This document shows, one piece after another, positions 36,238 to 47,063 of a DNA stretch of 64,000 nt (within the stretch, counting starts at the first letter, position 1; every line of letters starts with the position of its first letter). The notes below the pieces were generated by a model. The model did no database searches. It was not told the DNA's origin and saw only the letters and a list, made by a program, of their open reading frames with translations. The translations under genes and the position numbers were made by a program. This stretch comes from Macrostomum lignano (lineage: Eukaryota), in NCBI GenBank assembly GCA_002269645.1, contig NIVC01003520.1, positions 1 to 64,000 on the forward strand. Direction: 5' to 3'.

Positions 36238-37712
36238 GATGCTGGATAGATTTCAAAGTTGAGAGAAATGCAGTACAGAGCACAAGACAACTGGTTTGAT
36301 ACAGTAGTTATCTATCCTGCCTGACACAACTTGTTATATACTAAGTTCGGTCGGCTTTGTCACCACGTGCCTTATCGTTGCGTCATGGTGCTGCTTTCAA
36401 ATTGTCGTTACAGACACCTGCGGAAGTTAATTGGAGTACCTCACCACCTTCTGGTAAATTCGTTGGATTGCGCAACAGTGCATTTAGTTTGTTCGGAACA
36501 ACATCAACAGCAACAATTCGGTTGGTTCTGTCACCTGCTCTGTTATCTTGTTTAGAATATAGCCGCTTTGAAGTTGAAGATGTGCTCCCGTTAAAGCAGC
36601 CGAGCTGTTTGTCGAAATGCATCCCACTTTGCCTGTACGCCTTGTCTATATCGCTAGTGCTTTTTCTGGCGGAGATTCTCACTAAGTAACCTCTGCTGCC
36701 ATGGGCAATAAAATTAACGCCTTGAGCCAGAGTGAGGTTGATTGAACACTTTCTTCTACCATAGACAAAACGTGTCCCGCGAATACAGGGAGCGGAGAAT
36801 ACTCATAATCTCCGCGAATCTAGTCAATATTCTCCGCTCCTTGCATTCGTGGGATACATTTCAATAACCATCTGAAACGAGGAGAATGTCTATCTAGAAT
36901 CTCCAAGGCCTACATAAGATACATTTAATTTCTCGAATTGCACATTTCAACAGCCTAACATCTATTAGTACATTACATGTTAGTATAGCTTTAACCAGAT
37001 TTATTAACCAGGATTAACCACAGAATACACCAGAATGCTCAATCGACCCCTCTGCATAAAAAACCCATAGCAAAAAATAAATTTATGACATGCTACTCCT
37101 AGGGTGAAGCGATTTGTGAGCAGAGCTGAAGTGCATTTCTATAGACGTGTCCAAATGTTAGTTTAGATACTTCTCTAGTAATGACATCGATCGTGCATAT
37201 CATTGAGTTGCCAACAAGGACAAAGAACTCCTTGCTCTAAAACGCCGGTTCGCCGAGTTCAATACTCTCATATATTCCTTCAACTCATTACTTTTTGGAT
37301 CGATCTTGTCTTCAATCATTTGCTATTTCCCATCGGCTGCCACCGCAATACTGCCACTTAGATAAGCGAACTGATTGGGCATTCTGGGTGTATCTTGTGG
37401 GATTAACTTAATGTAATAACTAGGATTAATACATTTAGCTAATTAAATAATTATTTACCATATTCCGAATGGATGGCTATGAACTATAAACTTTTACTTA
37501 CGCTTTAAGTTGAACATTAGTTACCTCTCTATGGCTCAAGTAGACTTATATAATAAAATACTCTGTATACACGTAGCAGCAAACTAAGCGAAAAGTTCAT
37601 AAAATTCTGCACTCTTGTTCAATTCTCTCGTTCAAGTTTTTTCAACTGGAACGATCATATCGATTATCAACACAACAGCTCGTCTTCGTGCTCGGATACT
37701 CGAAGCCTCTGC

Positions 37713-39465
37713 ATGGTAAGCAGCTTGGTTGTTGACTGCGTCTCACGAATGCCAGGGAGATGGAGATACACCTGTGCTAACAGGGTGTCAGGAGATGGGG
37801 ATACACCTGTGCTAACAGGGTGTCAGGAGATGGGGATACACCTGTGCTAACAGGGTGTCAGGAGATGGGGATACACCTGTGCTAACAGGGTGTCAGGAGA
37901 TGGGAATGCACCTGTGCAAACAGGGTGTCAGGAGATGGGAATGCACCTGTGCTAACAGAGTATCAGGAGATGGGAATGCATCTGTGCAAACAGGGTGTCA
38001 GGAGATGGGAATGCATCTGTGCTAACAGGGTGTCAGGAGATGGGAATGCATCTGTGCTAACAGGGTGTCAGGAGATGGGAATGCATCTGTGCTAACAGGG
38101 TGTCAGGAGATGGGGATACACTTGTGCTAACAGGGTGTCAGGAGATGGAGATACACTTGTGCTAACAGGGTGTCAGGAGATGGGAATGCACCTGTGCTAA
38201 CAGGGTGTCAGGAGATGGGAATGCATCTGTGCTAACAGGGTGTCAGGAGATGGGAATGCATCTGTGCTAACAGGGTGTCAGGAGATGGGAATGCATCTGT
38301 GCAAACAGGGTGTCAGGAGATGGGAATGCATCTGTGCTAACAGGGTGTCAGGAGATGGGAATGCATCTGTGCTAACAGGGTGTCAGGAGATGGGAATGCA
38401 TCTGTGCTAACAGGGTGTCAGGAGATGGGAATGCATCTGTGCTAACAGGGTGTCAGGAGATGGGAATGCACCTGTGCTAACAGAGTATCAGGAGATGGGA
38501 ATGCATCTGTGCTAACAGGGTGTCAGGAGATGGGAATGCATCTGTGCTAACAGGGTGTCAGGAGATGGGAATGCATCTGTGCTAACAGGGTGTCAGGAGA
38601 TGGGAATGCATCTGTGCAAACAGGGTGTCAGGAGATGGGAATGCACCTGTGCTAACAGAGTGTCAGGAGATGGGAATGCATCTGTGCTAACAGGGTGTCA
38701 GGAGATGGGAATGCATCTGTGCTAACAGGGTGTTAGGAGATGGGAATGCATCTGTGCTAACAGGGTGTCAGGAGATGGGAATGCATCTGTGCTAACTTCA
38801 GAATGGAAGAAGAAGAATTTCAGAATGGAAGAGACCCCGATGCGATGTCTCCACGTTTCTATTCGACGTCTTTTAAGTTGACCCCCCCCCCAAAAAAAAT
38901 GCTCAAAAAACGCGCTGACACCTCCCCATAAAAGTGCATAAATAAACATTCGATACTCGATTGCCGCCAGCGACGCCTGGCCTGCAGCATCGGGTCCATC
39001 TGCAGCCTGCACTTGGTCATCAGCTGGGCAGTCTTGGCCAATGCCGGCGACAACAGTCCGAAACAGTTGGCCGCTGTGACCATCTGCGACGGTCGACGGC
39101 TGTGGAAGCTGGCCAACCAGCGCGTCTCGGTGCTCAACCCCTGGTGGGGTGGCGTCAGTGCGGCTGTGGCATTCAAGGAGTTCTTCAGGCTCGGCTCAAC
39201 GGATATGATTCGCTGGCGTCGACTGGACGGCAGCCGCAGCTGTGAGCGATTCGGGCATATTGACATTCTGGTTGACAGCACGGAGTACCGGGTGGTGGAT
39301 GGCAGCGAGTTTCACGTTGAATACGATGATCTCGGCAGCCAGGGCAACATGGCAGGCCATCTGAGGCTTGGCAAAAATATCTTCTCATCGGGGCCGCTTG
39401 AGTACGAGTACACGGCTGTGCTGGACTCCTGGTGCAAGAATTTTACAAGCCTGTCGCCCTGGTAA
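37713..39465 (+). CDS. Orphan small secreted protein, paralog 2. Exons 37713-37715 (ATG only) and 38971-39465; 165 aa
   Basis: GC ATG|GTAAGC at 37711-37721; acceptor ccgccag|CGA at 38970, phase 0. Gives M-RRLACSIGSICSLHLVISWAVLANA-GDN...FKEFFRLGSTDMIR...LGKNIFSSGPLEYEYTAVLDSWC. AATAAA at 39593. Confidence 0.75.
37750..38797. repeat. 35-bp minisatellite (gtgctaacagggtgtcaggagatgggaatgcatct) in the intron of paralog 2
   Basis: Direct tandem repeat. Confidence 0.97.
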
Positions 39466-40081
39466 GGCGATGAAGATCGCTTGTAATAATTCTATTACTA
39501 TAACCGACTTATCACGAATTCATAAGCGATACTTTAAGCTTCACGGGCACAATTTGCAAACTTTTGAATAAGTGTATTGATGAGTATTTCAAAATAAACA
39601 GTAAACCGCCTATTATTCATCCATTGTTGTTGCCGTTGCTTTTGGGCCTTTAATTCATTGTTACAATTGGTTTGAGAGTCCCTTTACTTTAGTAGTCCTT
39701 GTCAATTATTTACCATGGATAGCACGCCCTCAATGCCTAATAATAATAAAAATGTCGAAACTCGACTCATTGACTTTAGGGATCTATTTTATCATTCTGA
39801 TATACATTTTCTTACAGTCATTAGTTGCTAAGAATGATAAAATTGATTCATAAAACCAACAATGAGTCGATTTGTGCTATTCCGTATGATTTTTAGTCAA
39901 AAGTTTTTTTAGACTTTCTAGACTAAAAAAAACTAAAAATTTTATAATTTTAGACAAAAATCTGAATGAATATCAATAGAGCCATAAGAAAGGCAAAACA
40001 TATCAAAGGTTGAACACAAGGCCTCCATTCTATCAAAAGTAATAACAATTTTGTTACGAAAAAAATTTCCCTTCTTCGTAA

Positions 40082-40488
40082 TGCGTTTTTCTCGGTGAAA
40101 TCTGCCTCCTAAAGTTTTCCAAGAAACGTAGTTTTCCGTCCTACTTGAGTGCGTTTTTCTCGGTGAAATCTGCCTCCTAAAGTTTTCCAAGAAACGTAGT
40201 TTTCCGTCCTACTTGAGTGCGTTTTTCTCGGTGAAATCTGCCTCCTAAAGTTTTCCAAGAAACGTAGTTTTCCGTCCTACTTGAGTGCGTTTTTCTCGGT
40301 GAAATCTGCCTCCTAAAGTTTTCCAAGAAACGTAGTTTTCCGTCCTACTTGAGTGCGTTTTTCTCGGTGAAATCTGCCTCCTAAAGTTTTCCAAGAAACG
40401 TAGTTTTCCGTCCTACTTGAGTGCGTTTTTCTCGGTGAAATCTGCCTCCTAAAGTTTTCCAAGAAACGTAGTTTTCCGTCCTACTTGA
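40082..40488. repeat. 68-bp tandem repeat x6 immediately upstream of the paralog 3 exon
   Basis: Period 68 (gcgttttt at 40151 and 40219); the copies look identical. Confidence 0.97.
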
Positions 40489-40586
40489 GCAGTCCTTGGT
40501 CGCGACAACTAAGACTACAGAACGCAGCATATTATTTATTAGGCAAGTTGTATTCTCTGTCCGCCCCATTACACTTTCTCGGGCAG

Positions 40587-41084
40587 GAAACCAAGTCTCT
40601 GGGACGAATCCGGCCATGGCTCTGTGCGACCAGCTGCATTGTTTGCTGCGTGTCAGTGTGCATCGGAGGCAGCTTGAGCGACGGCTTGAGCGATTCTAGC
40701 GTAATAAGAAGCTGCAACCGCAGCAGCAGGTTGAATGTCGTGCATCAACGCCTCTGGATAAAAGAAGAATCATGGAACGAATATCATCTTAGAATATGCT
40801 TTAATGAAATATTCAACTCAGGTTCCTGGGACATGATCCGCAGGAACTGCATTAAAAATTCTCATTATCACGTACACGGCGGCTGGGTCAAAGCCTTCTC
40901 TAGCAGCCAAGAGTTCTACGTGCTAGGTGGCAGTGAGATCATCTTTAATATGGTCACCGGCTTCAAGGTGGATGATAATTACAGCGAAATGTTCGAGGCC
41001 AAACTAGGCCTGACAATAGTTCAAAGAGATTTCTTTCGCTACGAGTTGATTCTTTTAGATGCGGGGTTTTGCCGGCCCGGCTGA
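40587..41084 (+). CDS. Orphan small secreted protein, paralog 3; main coding exon, initiator exon uncertain
   Basis: Phase-0 acceptor ctttctcgggcag|GAA at 40586. ETKSLGRIRPWLCATSCIVCCVSVCIGGSLS (signal-like)...CFNEIFNSGSWDMIRR..GGWVK..LGLTIVQRDFFRYELILLDAGFCRPG. Confidence 0.72.
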   Translation, partial: ETKSLGRIRPWLCATSCIVCCVSVCIGGSLSDGLSDSSVIRSCNRSSRLNVVHQRLWIKEESWNEYHLRICFNEIFNSGSWDMIRRNCIKNSHYHVHGGWVKAFSSSQEFYVLGGSEIIFNMVTGFKVDDNYSEMFEAKLGLTIVQRDFFRYELILLDAGFCRPG

Positions 41085-41458
41085 TGCACGGCTTCAGTTT
41101 CTGACTTTAAATTGGTTGTTTAACTGGACTATAGCTTAAAAATTACACTTGCAAAAAATTACAACATTCGATGCTTGCAATATTGATTTGGAGTGCACGC
41201 TCACTAGCTTGTACGAGTAGTATCAAAATAATAGCCGCTCCCTACCAAGTATTGCAATTGACGTAGATTTCTGGCTTTTATTATCAAAGAGTAACTGCCC
41301 AATCAGACTATTGAAGGACAAACTGTGACATCCGAATACGAATAGAATACGCGTAGGCCACGTCAACCTGTCCGATTAGCGTCCAAGTTTCGGCGCTATA
41401 AAGCAGCTAGCTGTAAAGACCGCCTCGATCGCCGCCTATAGAACAACAATTAGGTATA

Positions 41459-44400
41459 AACAACAACAGAACAACAGAATACGCAGTTAGCGTCACATGG
41501 CGCGCTTCAAGGCCAGGTCGCGAATGAACGCCACGCCGCCGGCCGAATCCGGGGAGCCGGCGTCAGCCAGCAGGCAGTCGACGAAACGCCGAGTGCGCGC
41601 CTGCCCCCGCCGGTAGGGTGCCTGCAGCGTTAGCAGCAGCACCTCCTGCACCGGCTCTGGGCAGTACGACTCGGCGCGGATGATGTGGCCTGCCAGCTGG
41701 AGTCGCCGACGGCGCAACAGGTCGCTTGGACGGACCAGGCCGGCGCGGCGATACAAAGCCGCGTTGGTCACTCGCTCGTAGCCGATCTTGAAGGCGGCGC
41801 GCAGCAGGCCAGCGTGCGCCGCGTCAACTTGCTGCTCGAGCGACTCCGTCAGCGTCCATGTCTCGGCGTTGTACAGCAGGACGGTCTCGATCACCGCCTG
41901 GAACAACGCCGCCCTCTGGAGGCAAGCCCGCGGCGATGCCGCAGATCCTCGCGGACGCCGGGAACCAGACCGCCGAGGTAGACGAACTGCTGACAACGCG
42001 GAAGCTCTGTCGCCTGTCCATCAGCGCCTCGGCATAAAATTACAGCCTCGATGTCGTCCGGCACGCAGAGCACGACGGTTTTCTGCGTGTTGACCACCAG
42101 GCTGACACTCGCCGCAACAGCAACTAGCTTGTCCAGTTGTCGCTGGGCGCCCTTGACAGTTGAGGACAGCAGGGCGAGGTCGTCGGCGTAGCCAAGCACG
42201 CTGAGTTGCCTCTCCAGTTGACGTCGACCCACGCGTCGCCGCAACAGAAAGCCGTCGTCGTTGGTAGAAAGAGCGGTCTGCAGCACCCAGTCAAGCACCA
42301 GAACGAACAGGAACGGCGCAAGCGTATCTCCCTGAAGCACCCCGGAGGATGTCTCAAAGAAGTCCGATAGGCCGTCCGGTGTTGCAACAGCAGCTTTCGT
42401 CTCACGGTACATTGCCATGATGGCGGAAATTAGCTGCTCTGGCACGTTGCACGCACGGAGCACCTTTGGGAGCACAGACCTGACGACCGAGTCGAATGCC
42501 TTCTTGAAATCTATGAAGATAACAATCAGGATCGACTGGCGTATCCGTGCTTTCTCGATGACTCACCGAAGAGCCAGGATCTGCGTTACTGTGCCGCGAT
42601 GGGGCCGGAACCCGTTCTGCTCAGGACGCAGGTACGGATCCAACACAGGCTGAAACCGCGATAACAGCATCCGGTTGAACAGCTTCGCAGCGCAGGACTG
42701 AAGGCAGATACCTCGATGCTCCTCAAGCCTCGTGGTGCCCGGCTTCTTAGGAACTGCGACGATGTGCGCCGTGGTCCATTCGTTGGGTGCCTCCACACCG
42801 AAGAGCACGCGATTCATCACTCTGGCGACCTCACTGGCCACACAGTGGATGCGCAGCGCCTCGATCGGCACCTCGTCCGGACCCAGCGCTTTCCCGCCCG
42901 GTGACTGTTGGGCGAGCCTCACAACGTCGGCTGTGCTGACTGGTGCTAGGCTGAAGCTCTCCTCTGCCGGCAACGGCATCTCCGGTGACAGCGTCAGACT
43001 GTCTGGCAGCGGCGGTGGCGGCGCGTTGACAATGGCAGCGAATAACTCACGCAGCTCGTTCCTGCGCTCGTCCGCAGAGTCGTCTGCCAGGTTTAGAGGA
43101 ATGCACCGAGCATTGATAGCCAACCAGGCCACACGGCCTCTGGCATCGGGCCCAGCGGCAGAGACGGCCCGTATGGCGTAATCAACAGCAGCCTGCTGGC
43201 GCTGCAGATAGACAGCCGCCAAGGCCTCCTCTGCCTCGCGTGTTGGTCGCCTGCTCAAACAGAGTCTCTCTAGCTCTTCCCTCGCTAGCCGAATCGCGGG
43301 GTCGTCTTGCCATACCGGCTGCTCCTTCTGGGCCGGTCGCATCAGCGGGACTGCTTGTTCCGCGGCGGCTCGAACTGCAGCGCACACCGCGTAATCGGCA
43401 CCTCCACGCTTGCCGCCGAGCGCAGTGATGAAAGCGCTAGCAAAGCGGCTGTGCGTGTTGGCGTCCCTGAGCGCGCGGTAGTGGCCGCTTTGGCGAACGG
43501 TAAAGCGGATCGCGAAGAAGAAGGTCGCAGACGAGGAGTCGATGATCGGACCGCAGAGCCAGCGGCATGATGGCGCGGCAATTGACGACGCGGCGGCGCT
43601 CGTGGAAGCGTACCAGCACATGATCGAGCTGTGCCTGCCTCCGTGTTGCGTTCCGGCCGCGCGCATTCCTCCGCCTCCGCTTGCAGCCCACGAGGGTCGC
43701 GAGCCTGCGGGGGAGCTTGCGGAAGCAGTTGTTGGCCAACACCATGTCCTGCCTCTCTAGGAAGCCTCCAGCGCTCCGGTGTTGCCGTTCTCACGAGGTG
43801 TGACGTACAGTGACCACTCGGACCTACACAAAACCGCGTTTAGGTCTCCGAGGATTATCACTGTGTCACGCTGCGCTGTTGCCTCACCTGTACCGAGAGC
43901 TGCTCAAAGAATTCTTGAGCCTCGTCAGGTCGGGTGGCAGGAGACGCGTACGCGCAGAACAGACGAGCGTTCCGGCCGCGAAGCCGAACGTCGACCCGGA
44001 GCAGCCGAGGGGACAGAGAGACGCAGCGACAGCTCTGCTGCAGCCTCGGTCCGACCAGCGCTCCAACTCCTCCACGGCCTCGTTGGTCCGCCGATGTGTA
44101 GTAGAGGGTCCATCCGGCGCCCAGATCCTCACAGTGAAGCCCCGGATCAGCCTTGATAGACACCTGCAGTGCGATGACGTCACAGCTTAGGTCGTGCGCT
44201 AGTTTTGCCAGAGCCCCTCTCCGCCAGGCGGCCTTGAGCGTGCCGCAGTTCAGCGTCCCGACCCGAAGCGTGCCCTGTGGTACGGCTGGGGCTCGATGTA
44301 CATGTAGATTAGCCTCTCAGTCCCTGGCGCCACCCAGAAGATCCGTATGGGCCAGCGCAGCAGCTCGGCGGACAGCACCACGTCGCCGACCGCGCCGATT

Positions 44401-44546
44401 TCGCTCACGGCGACGCTCAACACCCCGACGCTCGCTCCGCTGCCCTCGATTGGTCCTGCCGCTTTTGGCCGCCGCAGCAGTTAAGCGCGGCTCACCGCCC
44501 TGACCACTTGGAGGTAGCGGCATTTACTTTGCACCAAGGTGCAAAT
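41459..44546 (-). mobile_element. Full-length (about 3.1 kb) but inactivated RTE-clade non-LTR retrotransposon (APE + RT)
   Basis: APE: RVGTLNCGTL..DVIALQ..GGVGALV..CAYAS../ILGDLNA. RT: EQNGFRPHRGT..IDFKKAFDSV..SGVLQGDTLAPFLF..GYADDL..FVYLG. C-terminus: LLYNAETWTL..RRRLQLAGHIIR. (CTGTTGTT)-like 3' tail at 41459-41480; 11-bp TSD AATTAGGTATA at 41448-41458 and 44547-44557. Stops at 44317 and 42563, frameshifts near 43870 and 41920. Confidence 0.92.
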
Positions 44547-46345
44547 AATTAGGTATAGCTGGCCTCGGACTGCGCAAGGATCTGTCCTCACAGAAGGTTG
44601 GGTAATCTCAGGCATACCCAATGCAGAACACCGCAAGTCCTCGATCACGGACGTCAGGAATCAGACCACCGAGCAGACGAACTGCTGACAGCAAGCCAAA
44701 GTCAATAAAAATCCAATATGAATGGATATAGTTTATTTATTCTAGCTACACAAAGAGAACTAATCATATCCGCATGCAAAAAAGAGACGTCGCTTATACC
44801 GAGCGATCTCAAGTTCCTAAAACGTAACCTGATGTGCGTATACTGTATTTTGGTCCAAAGTTAATTTAAACTCTGTAGATGTGTGCCTTTGTTTGATATC
44901 CTGCATGTGCGTACTAACATGTATATGCATACATGTACCGTAAACTTTCTAGTATTAAAAGCGTCGCGTTTTTATGAAGCTTTCAGTATAGGATCTCCCG
45001 TATGATTGTTTAGGCATGCAAAGGGTGCCAAATTCCAGTTTTGCCTGTCTCTCCGTCGGGTTTCTTAGTCAGAAATTTTAGTGTGTCGTCTATGGCCCAA
45101 CCTATCGTTATTCTATGGGCTTTTAACCTTATAGATGCAAGGACAACTTAATCACTTAGGATGGGAGTCCCACACGATTCATCATAGAAAAGTATGAGGC
45201 TCGCTCGTTTAAAAGCATTGTAGGCCCCATTGTAGGCCAAGCCTACTTGAATTGAGATGGCAATTTAATACAAGATGTAATATATTATGCAGCTTCTATT
45301 GTTGCCAGACTTCCGTCCTGATTAATTAAGTTGTCCTTGTTTAGATGCCCATTTTCTAACTTAGCATATGCAGAGTATATAATTTTGCTGTCTATATAGC
45401 TTAAACATGCGAAATGTTTTGCAAACAGTAATCATCGCGTGATTCGATTCGTGTGATTAGGACAGCAAAACTCAGATAGAGCGTGGATGTCTATATTTGG
45501 CGAGATAGCGCGGGATAAAGTGGAGGGAGCCACACGTACTGTACCTATACATGTACATGTACTTATTTGGAGAGACACGTCATCCATGGCATTTCTTCGC
45601 ATCTAAATAAGGATCATCAGCCTCCATTCAACTGCAGTCAACCCTCAGGAAGTGGAGATGCAAATTCTCGCTGCACTTCTGGACTGGACAGCTAGCTGCC
45701 TCTTGACCGTTTGAAGGCACTGTGGGCCAGTTGACAGGGTTTAGGAAAGGCGAGTATACATTGTAATAAGGAGGCAAATGCTAATGCAACCAACGACTAG
45801 TTGGGCACCTACCACTATATGCATAGCTGAAATTCTCACGAGAACCATCCAGCAAAACGACGCACGACTGATTCTCTTCCATGCATATTTGCAGCAACCT
45901 GCCATGCTCACACAGCGCATGTACGTGCTCACAAATTCCTGGACTCTTTGCGTGTTAATAGTAGCATCGAGACTATAGCCTGTATAGTGAGAGGTTCATC
46001 GAAGGCGAATGCGGCTAATGATAAGATTCAGTGATGGACTTACCTGGGTGTGCATCTCACTCAAGCTCCGCGCAGCTGCATGACTCCTTTACTGCGCCGA
46101 GTCTAGATGCAGTCTCATCCAGATGGACCAAAGTGAGTCGCATCTGGCCAATTTACCGTCCAAATTAGCTAACTCAACTCTTTTGCTTGACGTCAAGAGA
46201 ATTTCGAGCTTCAGCTAGAACGCCAGCGTCTCTAGACAGAAGTTTCGTAGAGAAAATTTGTCTAAGCGTTCGAGAAACTTGTCGAGATTTCAATGTTTTT
46301 AATTACTCCGGAAAATCTGCCGGAATTGCGAGTTTCTCCCATTTT

Positions 46346-46605
46346 GGGCCTTTTCATATTGCTTGTTTTGGTTCCAGAACCAGAACCAATTTGTGAAGTA
46401 TAACTTTTTGTCTCCATAACTAGAGGGAGATACGTGCTATAAAGTTTTTATTATTGAATGACAATCGCCAAGAAGAAAGTGAAAAATTGTGCTAAGTTAG
46501 GTTGTTAAGGCAGTCAAATATTAACAGAGTTTAATAGTTATACTGCTGTTTTTCTTGGAATTCCGAACCGATTCTGGTTCTGGAATTGGTAATATGAAAA
46601 GGCCC
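46346..46605. mobile_element. 260-bp MITE, PIF/Harbinger-like
   Basis: Perfect 15-bp TIR GGGCCTTTTCATATT (46346-46360 and 46591-46605), subterminal ttccagaaccagaa/ttctggttctggaa, 3-bp flank TTT on both sides. Confidence 0.8.
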
Positions 46606-46868
46606 TTTGACAGAGGCTGTCGTAGGGTTCGCATTTAACTTTACGAGCAAGCTAGTGCTCCTTCATGGTCAGTCAATGATGTCTTGCTCATCTCCTTGAT
46701 AGTGCGTACCGTTTTCCATACTGAATACATTGTTCCCAAATATTGTACACAGATGTTCTCTTGACATCCAACATTCTAGAAATCTCCTCCAAAAATAAAG
46801 AAAAGCAAAAATAATTCATAGATAAAGAAAAAACTTAAAAAATATTTATGTGGCCTTCATTTATTATT

Positions 46869-47063
46869 CATGGCATGGGTGGTGGGAGCTTGTGGCACCG
46901 GGGCACGTGCCCCCCCCCCCCCTAGAAAATGAGTCCACGTGGTAATTTTTGTGTTTTTTTCTGATTTTAGGTCCTAATTAGCAGCTTATAAAGGTAGGCC
47001 TACCTGTGCCCCCCTTGCCCTATGCCCAGTGCCCCCTTCAAATATTAGGCTCCGCCACCCCTG
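46869..47063. mobile_element. 195-bp hAT-like MITE
   Basis: 8-bp TSD TTATTATT (46861-46868 and 47064-47071); imperfect TIRs CATGG(CATGG)GTGGTGGGAGC and GCTCCGCCACCCCTG. Confidence 0.7.

Noticed and set aside
39752-39853. 33-aa hydrophobic ORF MSKLDSLTLGIYFIILIYIFLQSLVA... as a signal exon
   Set aside because: No usable donor; hydrophobic bias is expected from AT-rich DNA.
35280-40488. 65-, 35- and 68-bp arrays as CRISPR-like structures
   Set aside because: Pure tandem units with no variable spacers.
46038-46047. U1 snRNA 5' end (ACTTACCTGG)
   Set aside because: The match stops after 10 nt; it is simply the reverse complement of a splice donor.
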